Assembly (NCBI GenBank): GCA_036267355.1
Contig: DATAWG010000099.1
Location: 90,393-154,392 of the forward strand
Source: Pirellulales bacterium
GTDB taxonomy: Bacteria > Planctomycetota > Planctomycetia > Pirellulales > DATAWG01
Direction: 5' to 3'
Length of the DNA stretch: 64,000 bases
Below, piece after piece: positions 50,750 to 59,654 of the stretch (positions are counted from its first letter, which is position 1; each line of letters starts with the position of its first letter). The translations under genes were made by a program, and so were the position numbers. The notes beneath the pieces are model-generated. The model was not told where the DNA came from, did not search any database, and worked only from the letters and a program-made list of their open reading frames with translations.

Positions 50750-51103
50750 GAAATGACACGGAAGTTTGCTTTTGTTGCCGCAATCGGAATGTTGCTGGCG
50801 TCGCTCTCGGCGACGCCCGTTCGGGCGGGCGGGGTCCGCGTCGGCGTTGGTATTGGCATCGGAATCCCGGGTCCCTACTGGGGCGGCTATCCCGGCTATT
50901 ACCGTCCCTATTATTATCCGCCCTACGGCTATTACCCCTATTACCCGTACTATCCGTACTACGCTCCGCCGCCGCCGGCCTACGCCCCGGCTCCTGCCCC
51001 GGTTTACGCGGGGCCAGCGCCGGTGTACGCCCAGCCGGCCCCGGTTTACACGCCGGCTCCGGTGCCCCAACAGGTGCCCCCCTATCCGCAGCCGAGCCGT
51101 TAG
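50750..51103 (+). CDS. Secreted Tyr/Pro-rich low-complexity protein
   Basis: ATG 50750 gives MTRKFAFVAAIGMLLASLSATPVRA (signal), then GVGIGIGIPGPYWGGYPGYYRPYYYPPYGYYPYYPYYPYYAPPPPAYAPAPAPVYAGPAPVYAQPAPVYTPAPVPQQVPPYPQPSR. Confidence 0.5.
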   Translation, partial: EMTRKFAFVAAIGMLLASLSATPVRAGGVRVGVGIGIGIPGPYWGGYPGYYRPYYYPPYGYYPYYPYYPYYAPPPPAYAPAPAPVYAGPAPVYAQPAPVYTPAPVPQQVPPYPQPSR

Positions 51104-51186
51104 GAAAGCTCCGGGAGCCCGCGGCGCTAGCAAGGAATTGGGCCCTCGTACGTTCCTGGCTGGCCCGGATTATTCATGGCGCCACA

Positions 51187-51245
51187 CTAGCCCGAAGCGT
51201 AAGCGAGGGAGCCACCGACGCTTACCCTCTCTAACGCTTCGGGCT
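51187..51245. repeat. Family B palindromic element (agcccgaagcgtaagcgaggg-agccaccgacgcttac-cctctctaacgcttcgggct)
   Basis: Slightly diverged arms (gtaagc vs gttagc). Flanked by its own 12-bp inverted repeat cattcatggcgcc...ggcactatgaataatccgg. Confidence 0.7.
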
Positions 51246-51335
51246 ACTATTTCGCAGCGTGTCGCGAATTCCTGGCACTATGAATAATCCGGGCTAGCGC
51301 TGCGGGCTCGAGAAGCCACTTGCTTTGCCGCTCGA

Positions 51336-51617
51336 TCAATCGCCGGCCGACTCGCCCGCTCTTATTGTACGCACCCGGCACAGCAGGCAGGGCATGAACA
51401 CCAGGCCGCCGCATCCGGCGCAGCGCCGCGGCGGCCCCAATGGCCGATGCGGATCGCCCCAACGATCTTCCGTGCGGCGAATTCTCGGGCGATGCCCTTT
51501 GGCGATCGCCCCGATCGTTCCCCGGCTCACGCCGACGGCGCGCGAAATCGTGCGTTGCGAAAGCCGACCTTCGGCAAGCAGGCGGACGATTTCATCGACG
51601 ATTCCCTGAGAGATCAT
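51336..51617 (-). CDS. Small HTH protein with C-terminal CxxC...CxxC zinc-ribbon-like tail (94 aa)
   Basis: MISQGIVDEIVRLLAEGRLSQRTISRAVGVSRGTIGAIAKGHRP (helix-turn-helix) followed by RRCAGCGGLVFMPCLLCRV. Internal ATG of the 224-aa track ORF, whose upstream part is Arg/Ser-rich junk. Confidence 0.45.
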   Translation of the reverse strand: MISQGIVDEIVRLLAEGRLSQRTISRAVGVSRGTIGAIAKGHRPRIRRTEDRWGDPHRPLGPPRRCAGCGGLVFMPCLLCRVRTIRAGESAGD

Positions 51618-51675
51618 GGCCGAGCGCCTCCGATTTTCGCGGGAAGAAGGTTCGTTCAAACGGCGGAAAAGCGGC

Positions 51676-51939
51676 TCAATTCCAGCCGTCTTCCGACTCG
51701 TCCGGATCGATCCAGAAATCTCCGTCGTCGGGCTCGGGCTCCTCATCAATTTCCAGTCCGGAATCGTCCAGCGGATCGAGCGACTCATCCGCATCGTCGT
51801 CCCACTCGGTTTCTGCCTCGCCGTCGGGGAGCGGAAAATCTTCGGGCAGAAAATTCGCCTGGGAAACGATGCAGCCTGCGCGGCCGTCGGCGTGGCGGGG
51901 ACCGGGAAGAGGCGATTGTGGCTTTGAAGGATTCGACAT
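51676..51939 (-). CDS. Possible very acidic small protein (87 aa, D/E-rich C-terminus)
   Basis: MSNPSKPQSPLPGPRHADGRAGCIVSQANFLPEDFPLPDGEAETEWDDDADESLDPLDDSGLEIDEEPEPDDGDFWIDPDESEDGWN. Co-directional, 58 bp upstream of the HTH gene. The antisense Ser-rich ORF is the alternative reading; weak. Confidence 0.3.
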   Translation of the reverse strand: MSNPSKPQSPLPGPRHADGRAGCIVSQANFLPEDFPLPDGEAETEWDDDADESLDPLDDSGLEIDEEPEPDDGDFWIDPDESEDGWN

Positions 51940-52136
51940 GATGGTTTTCTCCGGCTGGAATGCGAACGGACTAATGTAACTATGTACACTATTTGCCGGC
52001 CATTTTTCAAACAGATTTTTGAACATTATTTTGGACATTATTCTGAGCTTTATGGACAATCTGCTCCGGCCTTGGTAAACTCAAGCGGATGGCGTGGACG
52101 GGGCGATTCAAATCCGTCACGCGGAGCTTCGCAGCC
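51940..52136. promoter_or_regulatory. AT-rich (locally about 40% GC) divergent intergenic region; candidate bidirectional promoter
   Basis: aactatgtacactatttgccggccatttttcaaacagatttttgaacattattttggacattattctgagctttatggacaatctg stands out from the about 68% GC background, and it separates the minus-strand small genes from the plus-strand small ORF at 52137. Confidence 0.4.
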
Positions 52137-52388
52137 ATGACGCTTAAGCCCTACAATGCCGAGCAGTTGGATCAGCTTGCGCTCAGAATTCTCGATATTT
52201 CGTATCAAATTCGGCAGATGAGCGTCGCCAAGAGCAATTCGCCCGAGTTGGAACTCGCGGTGCATGAGAAGAAGGCGTTGGAATGGATCGCCCATCTCGA
52301 AGCATGGGCCGCAGATGCCCGCGCCCGGCTTGAAATGGCCACCGTTCGCTATCGTGGCGCAAAGCTCGCCAGCCGAATTTCTGAATAA
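52137..52388 (+). CDS. Hypothetical small helical protein (83 aa)
   Basis: MTLKPYNAEQLDQLALRILDISYQIRQMSVAKSNSPELELAVHEKKALEWIAHLEAWAADARARLEMATVRYRGAKLASRISE. No family recognised; lower-GC codon usage. Confidence 0.3.
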   Translation: MTLKPYNAEQLDQLALRILDISYQIRQMSVAKSNSPELELAVHEKKALEWIAHLEAWAADARARLEMATVRYRGAKLASRISE

Positions 52389-52758
52389 AATTCGGTGTAT
52401 ACATGCGCTGATTAACAACGCCTGGGATGGCGCTCTTCGCGAACAGCGTCCACTACCCCATCCGCTTCGCCCCGAAGCTTCTATGGCAGCCGGCTGTACG
52501 GGTGCGGCAAGCATTGCCGTCTGCGGTCAGTTGCCGCATTCCTCCGCCGGCGCACGCGGTTCGCAGGCGTCTTCAGCGGGGAGGTGCTAGCGTCCGAAGA
52601 TCGAAAGGGAACGCACAAGTGCAACGCCTTCCGAGCCCGTTCCCTTGGCAAGGAGACCGATATCCATCCTTGCTGGCGCAACGGGCTCTCACGCTTGCCG
52701 CGCGACGTACACCGACAAACCACCGCACTGCAACATCTCTCACTCGATCGGGATCGTC

Positions 52759-52884
52759 ATGGCCGAGCTCTGGATTCAACCCGTCATCAGCATCGTGTTT
52801 TTGGTCGTGTGCGGGCTGGCCAGCGACATCCTGATCTGCGGCCGCAAGGCCGCCCGCGAAGCTCGCCGATCACGCTCACACTAG
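52759..52884 (+). CDS. Candidate 41-aa hydrophobic membrane peptide with basic C-terminus
   Basis: MAELWIQPVISIVFLVVCGLASDILICGRKAAREARRSRSH: one TM helix plus an R/K-rich tail. Sits in the lower-GC islet; weak. Confidence 0.25.
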   Translation: MAELWIQPVISIVFLVVCGLASDILICGRKAAREARRSRSH

Positions 52885-53084
52885 CCGAGCGCTGGCTATT
52901 CTTGCTTCGCATTTTTCGCGATACTGGCGCATCGCGCAACAGCCGTGCCGCCGCCCAGGTCTGCCGCGGCTTTTGAATCCGTTGCCGGCGCGATCGTTTT
53001 TGGTGACAGAACCGGCGGCATTTCGGTTACCACCGTAGCCTGCGAATCGTTCCACGTGCCAATCACCCCGGCGCCGCGCCGCGC

Positions 53085-54116
53085 GTGCAAATGCAGCCAG
53101 AATCGCGTGGATTTTTGCAAACGCTTGTCGGCGACGGACGGCCGCTCTTCATCTTCACCGGGCTGTGCCTCGGCCTGTCGGGCGGTTTCGCCCTGTTTCA
53201 ATCGGCGACCGGCCAGTTCTTGCCGCAGGACACGGAGTTTTTGCGAATGGCCGCGGAAGATCTGTGCAATATCCGCGAGTGCCGCATCGTCCATTTCATG
53301 TTCCACGACCGGGTCAGCTTCGGCGGCTCGCTGATCGCGATCGCGGCACTGTATTTGTGGCTGGCCGAGTTTCCGCTGAAGGCCGGGGCCGCGTGGGCTT
53401 GGTGGACGTTCTTGCTAAGCGGCGTCGTCGGCTTCGGCAGCTTTTTGACGTATCTCGGCTACGGCTATTTCGACACCTGGCATGGCGCCGCCACGCTTGG
53501 CCTGCTTCCCTGCTTCGTCGCCGGCTTGTGGCTCTCGCGGCGAATCGTGAAAGCGCAGTCTTCCGCCAACGGAGCCGACGCCTCATGGCGAAGCTTGTTC
53601 CGCTTGCCGAGCGGATTGAACTGGCGATCGTGTCGCGGCTTCGGGATCGTGTGTTTGCTCGCGACCGCGTGTGGAATGATCGGGGCGGGCTTCACGATCC
53701 AATACATCGGGATGACACGCGTGTTCGTGTCCACCGATCTGGCGTTTATCGGCCTGACTCGCCAGCGGCTCGACCTGATCAACCCGCGACTGATTCCGCT
53801 GATCGCCCACGATCGGGCCGGCTTCGGCGGCGGCGTGGCGACCGCGGGGCTTTTGCTCTTCTCATGCGTGTGGCATGGCGGCGTTTCGCGGTCGCTATGG
53901 CAAGCCCTTTTGATCGGCGGCATCGCCGGCTGGGGCACGGCGATCGGAATCCATCCGATCATCGGCTACACCGATCCCAGCCACCTCGCCCCGGCCATCG
54001 CCGGCGCCGCACTTTTTTTCGCCGGTCTCGCCTTTACACACCGCGACGGGCGAGAGAAAAATGTGGAGAGCAAAATGGGACAGCCACCAAATTCGACTAA
54101 AACGCACCGCCGTTAG
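53085..54116 (+). CDS. Hypothetical polytopic integral membrane protein (about 9-10 TM)
   Basis: Long hydrophobic segments (LFIFTGLCLGLSGGFALF, LIAIAALYLWLAEFPL, WWTFLLSGVVGFGSFLTYLGYGYF, LGLLPCFVAGLWL, GIVCLLATACGMIGAGFTIQYIG, VATAGLLLFSCVW, LLIGGIAGWGTAIGIHPIIGY, AIAGAALFFAGLAF). No motif recognised. Confidence 0.55.
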   Translation: MQMQPESRGFLQTLVGDGRPLFIFTGLCLGLSGGFALFQSATGQFLPQDTEFLRMAAEDLCNIRECRIVHFMFHDRVSFGGSLIAIAALYLWLAEFPLKAGAAWAWWTFLLSGVVGFGSFLTYLGYGYFDTWHGAATLGLLPCFVAGLWLSRRIVKAQSSANGADASWRSLFRLPSGLNWRSCRGFGIVCLLATACGMIGAGFTIQYIGMTRVFVSTDLAFIGLTRQRLDLINPRLIPLIAHDRAGFGGGVATAGLLLFSCVWHGGVSRSLWQALLIGGIAGWGTAIGIHPIIGYTDPSHLAPAIAGAALFFAGLAFTHRDGREKNVESKMGQPPNSTKTHRR

Positions 54117-54315
54117 TGAATAGCCGACATGCCGAGTGGCGAACCGACCGTTGCCCGCCCACAGACGGGCGGTAACAGGCTCAGGGGCAGAAAACGGGGT
54201 CAGAACTAATTACGAGCCCCAGATTATCGGGGTGAGAACTAGTTCTGACCTTCTGGCCCGTTTTCCCGTCAAGAAGAGTCGCCTCCGCTATCCGGCTGCG
54301 ACGTCCGCGCGTGGC

Positions 54316-55137
54316 TCACGCGTGGGAGGATACACCGCGCCTACGTCGCACGACCGCGAGCAGGCCGATTGCACCTAGGCCAAACAGCGCGAGCGACGCT
54401 GGCTCGGGCACGGCGGTTACGCCGCTGGTGATCGTCAGATCGCTTGCGAGGCCGTCGTAGTTCGGTCCGCCGCCGCCGGGGGCGACCGCAAGATGAATCG
54501 CATTAAAGCCGCCGAATGTGCCGGTTGGGGTGACGCCCGTGCCGGCCTCCACGCCGTTGACAAAGAACGAGAAGACGCCGCCGATATCGTCCACCTTTAG
54601 ATCGTAGTCGGTGTCGAGAGCGACCGGAGCGGAGCCGATAAGAACGCCCGAATACCCTCCGGAAGTTCCGGAAGTGAAATTGTTCCCGTCGTAGCTGAAA
54701 TAAGCCACCCAATCACCGCTGGCATCTTCGCCGATCTGCAGATCTCCACCGCGACCGCCGTCGGACGAAAACAGAATGCCCTGCGCATAACTGGTGAGGG
54801 CCGCGTGTACTTCGACGGAAAAGTTGTCGTTGGGCAGCGTCGTGGCGCCCGACTGCGTGCCATAAAATCCGCCGGTAGCGCTCCAATCCGAGCTGGTCGA
54901 GCTCGGGCCGCCAAGGGGACCTCCCGGGGCCGGATTGGCGCCGCTGTATGGGGTCTCGAAATTATGGCCGCCGACGCTATCGAGCGGCATGCCCGAGGCG
55001 GTCGAGCCGCCAGAATATCCGGTGGCGTCGTTCGAGAGCGTCCAATCGGCCACGATCGTGCTTGCCGAAGCACGGTCGGCCACGAATGCGAAGGCCAGCA
55101 AACCAGCCGCCACCGCAATTGCATGATGCAGTTTCAT
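54316..55137 (-). CDS. PEP-CTERM sorting domain-containing secreted protein (Gly/Ser/Thr-rich lectin-like body)
   Basis: Minus ATG 55137 gives MKLHHAIAVAAGLLAFAFVADRASA (signal peptide). The C-terminus GVTAVPEPASLALFGLGAIGLLAVVRRRRGVSSHA is a canonical PEP-CTERM (PEP + TM + Arg cluster). The upstream 48 codons of the track ORF were trimmed. Confidence 0.8.
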   Translation of the reverse strand: MKLHHAIAVAAGLLAFAFVADRASASTIVADWTLSNDATGYSGGSTASGMPLDSVGGHNFETPYSGANPAPGGPLGGPSSTSSDWSATGGFYGTQSGATTLPNDNFSVEVHAALTSYAQGILFSSDGGRGGDLQIGEDASGDWVAYFSYDGNNFTSGTSGGYSGVLIGSAPVALDTDYDLKVDDIGGVFSFFVNGVEAGTGVTPTGTFGGFNAIHLAVAPGGGGPNYDGLASDLTITSGVTAVPEPASLALFGLGAIGLLAVVRRRRGVSSHA

Positions 55138-55389
55138 CGGATGCCAAATCTTAGTGTTGAAGAAAAACACAATAGCCCGTGCCTCGCATTCCCCGTGCGA
55201 GTTCCACAGGCCGGCGTGACTCATCCCACGCAGAATCGCGATCCCCCGAGGCGATCGAATGCAATGCGCAGGCGACATCAACTTGCGCCTAGTTTACGCA
55301 GCCGCGCCAACCACTGTCAACCAAGCACCTTTGCAGGGGTGTCTTCGCTGATAGCGGCATCGTGAATTCAGTCGGCATCAAGGCAAGCC

Positions 55390-56658
55390 TCATTTCAGCA
55401 GCCGCGCGTTGAGCCAATCGGCGTGGGCTTGGATATCGCCTTGGTCGGCGAAATCGACCAACAGGCTCAGGCGTTTGGCGCCCGCCAGATCGACCTTGAT
55501 CGATTGCGAGGCTGTGCCGCCGCGGACGATGGGGCCGTCGTATTTGAGCGTCCAATGGCCGCTGCCGTCGTCGGTGTAAACGCGGAAAAGGGCGCTGCCG
55601 TGGCCGGCGGTTTGGTCGTCGATCGCCGTTTCAGCCGCGAATTCGCGAAATGGCTTGTCGAGCACATACGTCAGCCGCGATGCACTGTGCATCCCCAGGC
55701 CCTTCAAAAAAAGCTGCCCGCCGGCGCGAAGCTGCGTGCCGAGCACATTGCGGTCGGCATGCCATGGCCATTTCAGATCCAACAGCGGGATATATTGGTA
55801 GCTCGCGGGCTTCAGGTCCGAGAGATAGACGCAGCGGCCGCCCAACGGCTGGAGCGCACAAATGTCGTCGGCCGAGAGTTCCAGCGGTGGAGCGTTTGCC
55901 GGCGCGGACGCCAATGACACATGGGCTTTGACGTCGTCGAACGTCGTCGCCGACACCAGGAGCCGGGAGCCATCGGACAAGCCGAGCCAAGCGCGAGCGC
56001 TGGTCGGATGCGGTTTGGCGGCCAGCGCGGAATTCATCGCAAGGGCAGCGATCTTGGCGGTGCGCACTTTGAGTTCGCCGGCGGCAGTGCGAATGCGAAC
56101 CACGTCGTCGGTCAGCGAAAGAAGTTCGCCGCTGATTGCGTCGCCGTTGACCAACAGCAATCGATCGCCCCCGGCGCCGGCGGTCGGCAGTTTGGCCAGC
56201 AGTGCATCGCCGCTTTGCGGATCGGCCGGCGGATGAAACACGATTCCGGCGATAATTTCCAGCGGCAATTTGACGCTGCCGCCGGACGACCAATCCAACA
56301 GAGCCCGCTGCTTGTCGATATCGGCGATGTCGGCAACGATGAGCGAGCCATCGACCAGCAAGACTTGCGTTTGGCCATGCGGCTCGGCCCAGCGTCCCCA
56401 CCAGCACAAATCGGCAGCCGGCATTTGCTTTGGCGCGGCCGTGGCGGCGGGGCCGGCGAAAGTGAGCCGCCAATCGGCATCGACCGTGCGGAGGCGAGCT
56501 TCGAACGGAGCGCCATCTACGGGAACGGCGGTGGGCAAGTCGGCAGCCGCGGCGGCGGAGCAGAGTGCTGCGAGCAGGAAGAGAGGGGCGAGGGGAAGGA
56601 CAGGGGTCAGGGGTCGGGGGTCAGGGGTCAGAATAAGAAGTGGGACGCGAGGCGGCAT
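55390..56658 (-). CDS. Secreted NPCBM/NEW2 domain-containing protein
   Basis: The C-terminal about 150 aa (YLSDLKPASYQYIPLLDLKWPW...LFLKGLGMHSASRLTYVLDKPFREFAAETAIDD...GSALFRVYTDDG...QGDIQAHADWLNARLLK) match the NPCBM carbohydrate-binding module pattern (ends ADWxNARL). The N-terminal signal region is encoded by the family C repeat. Confidence 0.7.
   Translation of the reverse strand: MPPRVPLLILTPDPRPLTPVLPLAPLFLLAALCSAAAAADLPTAVPVDGAPFEARLRTVDADWRLTFAGPAATAAPKQMPAADLCWWGRWAEPHGQTQVLLVDGSLIVADIADIDKQRALLDWSSGGSVKLPLEIIAGIVFHPPADPQSGDALLAKLPTAGAGGDRLLLVNGDAISGELLSLTDDVVRIRTAAGELKVRTAKIAALAMNSALAAKPHPTSARAWLGLSDGSRLLVSATTFDDVKAHVSLASAPANAPPLELSADDICALQPLGGRCVYLSDLKPASYQYIPLLDLKWPWHADRNVLGTQLRAGGQLFLKGLGMHSASRLTYVLDKPFREFAAETAIDDQTAGHGSALFRVYTDDGSGHWTLKYDGPIVRGGTASQSIKVDLAGAKRLSLLVDFADQGDIQAHADWLNARLLK
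56581..56630. repeat. Family C G-rich repeat (gagaggggcgaggggaaggacaggggtcaggggtcgggggtcaggggtcag) inside the first 25 codons of the minus-strand NPCBM gene
   Basis: On the coding strand it is C-rich and encodes PLLILTPDPRPLTPVLPLAPL. Six GGG+ runs. Confidence 0.65.
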
Positions 56659-56710
56659 GGATGGATTAGGAATATTCCTTGCTGGCGCTGCGGGCTCGTG
56701 GGCGGGGGAG

Positions 56711-58981
56711 TTAGCGCTTTAAAATCGGATTTACCCAGACGGCCCAGGCATCGCCGTTGTCGCCGGCGCTGTGTACCTCGAGCTGCAGCACTCTGAAGTT
56801 TCCGACGGGGACATTGCACTCTTGGCTTTCTTCCGCCCCGCGGATCGGACGCGAGATCCAAAGGATTTTTCCATCGCCGCGGGCTTCGAAAGTGATCGCC
56901 GATTTCGGCTTCGCCTTGTCTTGCAATCCGACTACTGCCGTAAAGTTGTGAAACTTGCGATCGACCGTGAACGACACGGTCGCCTTGCCGTTTTCCGGCG
57001 GGGCCATCGCCAGCGCGTGCTTCACCGTCACGCCGCGGAACGAAACTGTTTGCGGCGACCCCTCGGGCAAACCGCTTGCCCCCTGCTTCCCGAGCGATCC
57101 GAGCCCCACCGAAACGTCTTGTTCCGGTAGATCGTCGAGATAAACCATTTTCACGGCGCCGAGTTCGACGCCGGCGTCTTCGCTCGACCGCTTTTCGGCC
57201 TTTTTCAAATCCAACCCGCTCAGGCCGGGCAGTGCTTCGTGATACCAGTATTTCGCCCGGGCAAACATTGCGATGACAAACGGGCTCTTATTGTCGCCGA
57301 TCTTTTCGGCCGCGTTCCACCATGCGTCGCCGAGCTTGGCGCGGTCGGCGGCGCCCGTGGGAGAATCGGGGGGCGCATCCGGAGCGGCAGCTTCCATTCC
57401 GGCAAGCTTTTTCAGCGCCACATCGCTGCCGTGCGACAGAAATGGTAGCCCCGCTTTCCAGTCTCCCTTTTGAAAACATAGAAACCGGCCGACGATGAGG
57501 TTCGCGTCGGCATCGTCGGGATGCGCGGCGAGCTTCTGCTTCGCGGCTTTAAAATCCTCCGCGACATTCTGCATCCGCTGAGCTCGCGATCGGGCCTCGT
57601 GGGCCTGATCGCGCAGCAGTGGCTCGCCGACGGCATCGGCCATCATGGCGGCCACGTTTGCGATTTCGACCGCGGCATCGTAATGATCGGCGGCCAGCGC
57701 GTTATCGGTCATCGACAACGCGTGGGTAGCGACGTATTGTTTCTCCGGCGTCGACTTTGCCAGATGCGAAAGCTTGATCATCGCTTGGGCCTTCATATCC
57801 CACCCGTCGACGGCGAAGTATGAATCCAAACCGTCGATCGCTTCGAACGCCAGATCGGCGTCGCCGGCTTTGACGGCCAAATCCATCGCCTGCGTGCCCA
57901 TCACGTAACGCTGATCGGCGTTGTCCTTGGTCTCGGAGGCCAGCTTGATCAAGCTGCGAACTAAATCGAGACGAGCGTCGGCCGTGAGCGCTTTGGCGTA
58001 GTCGTCTTTCAGCACGTCGCGCACCTGCGCGAGCGCCTTGGCTTGTGCCGCTTGGTCGGGGATGGGTTTTCGGGTTTCGGCCGCCGCTTCCGGAAGTTTC
58101 GGTGATTCTGGCGGCTGTTTGTGCGGTCGCGGCTTGTCTGGTTTGTCGGGATCTGGATTCGTCGCAACCGGCGGATGGATGGCCACCTCCGTTGGCGCGA
58201 CATCGGGCGTCGAAGGCGGGTGCGGATTGCTGGGCGTATTCGCCGGTTGGATTTTTGGCAATGCCGGATGGGGGGGCGTTTTCGGCTTACCGGTCAACAA
58301 CTCGTCGCCGGGGTGCTTTTCGACGTTCGTGCCCGAGTTGCTCGGATTCGCTTGGTTCGTGTCGCCGGCGCTTTGGCTAGTGACGACGATATATGCACCG
58401 ATCGCGATCCCCACGACGACGACCGCTGCCACGATCCCGAAAATCGGCGTCTGCGAGCTTTTTTTCGTCTTGCGCGATGAATAGCCTGAAGCGCTCGATT
58501 TGAACGACCCGCGAGGGCTGAGCGGCAGCGGCTCTGGCTCCCAAACGCCGGTCTTTGGCGCCGGCGCGGGATTGTCGATAAAATCCAAGGGTCCGGCAGC
58601 AACCGGCTCCTGCACCGCCATGCGAGCCTCGGCCGACGAAGCCGCCGACGGTAGATCGCCCGGCGGAGCCGCTGGGGGCGCCTGCGGCGGAGCGGCCTTG
58701 GCCAGCTTTGCCCGCAAGCGGTCGTCATATTCCTTTTTCTTGTCGGGCCGCAGCAGACAAACCTTGGCGGTGGAAATCTGATTGAGCAGCTTCTGCGTAA
58801 GTTCGGCGTGCTGGCCCGTTTGCAACGATCGCAGATGCACCATCCGCTGGTCGGCAGCCGCTTCGATCACATCCGGATCCGTCTCGAACGGATTGATCGC
58901 CAACAACCGATAATAGTTCGGCGGCTGCTCGGCGGGCGGAATGCCAAGCCATTTGTAATATGGATCGAACGTCGCTGCCAT
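56711..58981 (-). CDS. Membrane-anchored protein with conserved Planctomycete N-terminal motif (DPYYKWLGIPP...PNYYRLLAI), single TM, Pro-rich linker, helical middle domain and C-terminal NPCBM-like domain
   Basis: MAATFDPYYKWLGIPPAEQPPNYYRLLAINPFETDPDVIEAAADQRMVHLRSLQTG; TM IFGIVAAVVVVGIAIGAYIVV; C-terminus LDDLPEQDVSVGLGSLGKQG...VKHALAMAPPENGKATVSFTVDRKFHNFTAVVGLQD...GDAWAVWVNPILKR, parallel to the neighbouring NPCBM protein. Confidence 0.7.
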   Translation of the reverse strand: MAATFDPYYKWLGIPPAEQPPNYYRLLAINPFETDPDVIEAAADQRMVHLRSLQTGQHAELTQKLLNQISTAKVCLLRPDKKKEYDDRLRAKLAKAAPPQAPPAAPPGDLPSAASSAEARMAVQEPVAAGPLDFIDNPAPAPKTGVWEPEPLPLSPRGSFKSSASGYSSRKTKKSSQTPIFGIVAAVVVVGIAIGAYIVVTSQSAGDTNQANPSNSGTNVEKHPGDELLTGKPKTPPHPALPKIQPANTPSNPHPPSTPDVAPTEVAIHPPVATNPDPDKPDKPRPHKQPPESPKLPEAAAETRKPIPDQAAQAKALAQVRDVLKDDYAKALTADARLDLVRSLIKLASETKDNADQRYVMGTQAMDLAVKAGDADLAFEAIDGLDSYFAVDGWDMKAQAMIKLSHLAKSTPEKQYVATHALSMTDNALAADHYDAAVEIANVAAMMADAVGEPLLRDQAHEARSRAQRMQNVAEDFKAAKQKLAAHPDDADANLIVGRFLCFQKGDWKAGLPFLSHGSDVALKKLAGMEAAAPDAPPDSPTGAADRAKLGDAWWNAAEKIGDNKSPFVIAMFARAKYWYHEALPGLSGLDLKKAEKRSSEDAGVELGAVKMVYLDDLPEQDVSVGLGSLGKQGASGLPEGSPQTVSFRGVTVKHALAMAPPENGKATVSFTVDRKFHNFTAVVGLQDKAKPKSAITFEARGDGKILWISRPIRGAEESQECNVPVGNFRVLQLEVHSAGDNGDAWAVWVNPILKR

Positions 58982-59297
58982 CGGGCTCCCTCTTCCAGGC
59001 GCATGTTCCGCTTCCCCGCCGCGCCCGATCGGAAATTTGGTCGTCTGTTGCCATTATGCGGCAGCACTGTTGCAATCGCAAGACTCGCGAGCGCTTGGTT
59101 TCGGAGAAGCCAGATGCAACAAGGTGCGGAAGCGCAGGCTTGCTCTGGCGGCCTGTTCAGTCGATCGTTTGCTGCCGCCTGAGACGAGGGATGCGGTCGA
59201 AAGGTTCCCTGCCCTGGAACGCTTTTGAACCAAGCGCTATACTAGCATTGGAGCCGTGGTGCAAGGGATGATCGGCGGCGTTCGGGAGATGAGAAGC

Positions 59298-59585
59298 ATG
59301 GACCGTGCCCACGCACGACAACGCCGAACGGTGCATTACAGCGGCCGTGTGCAGGGCGTTGGCTTCCGATTTTCGGCCGAACGTATCGCCGGCCAATACC
59401 AAGTCGCGGGATTTGTGAAGAACCTTGCCGATGGCCGCGTGTTGCTGGTGGTTGAGGGGGAAATCCCGGAACTGGATCGTTTTCTGGCCGAAGTTCAAGC
59501 GGAGATGGCCGGAAACATTCGCACCGTTGCGGTCGAGCCGGGAACCGCATCGAGCGAATTTTCCGAGTTTGGAGTGCGATATTGA
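59298..59585 (+). CDS. acyP: Acylphosphatase
   Basis: [44 protein letters not shown] is the acylphosphatase signature (VxGxVQGVxFR + GxVxNxxDGxV). Start chosen at [10 protein letters not shown]; alternatives are 59256 or 59289. Confidence 0.8.
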   Translation: MDRAHARQRRTVHYSGRVQGVGFRFSAERIAGQYQVAGFVKNLADGRVLLVVEGEIPELDRFLAEVQAEMAGNIRTVAVEPGTASSEFSEFGVRY

Positions 59586-59654
59586 CCCCGCCCGAGGAAA
59601 CTCTGCCGACGCCCGGTGCGTAGAGAAGAAGTTAGGTTTTGCCTCTAGACACTA

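Noticed and set aside
51440-51979. 179-aa plus-strand Ser-rich ORF (SSGSGSSSISSPESSSGSSDSS...)
   Set aside because: It is the reverse-complement reading of the acidic D/E-rich minus-strand ORF and overlaps the small HTH gene. The minus-strand pair is co-directional and better organised, though neither is certain.
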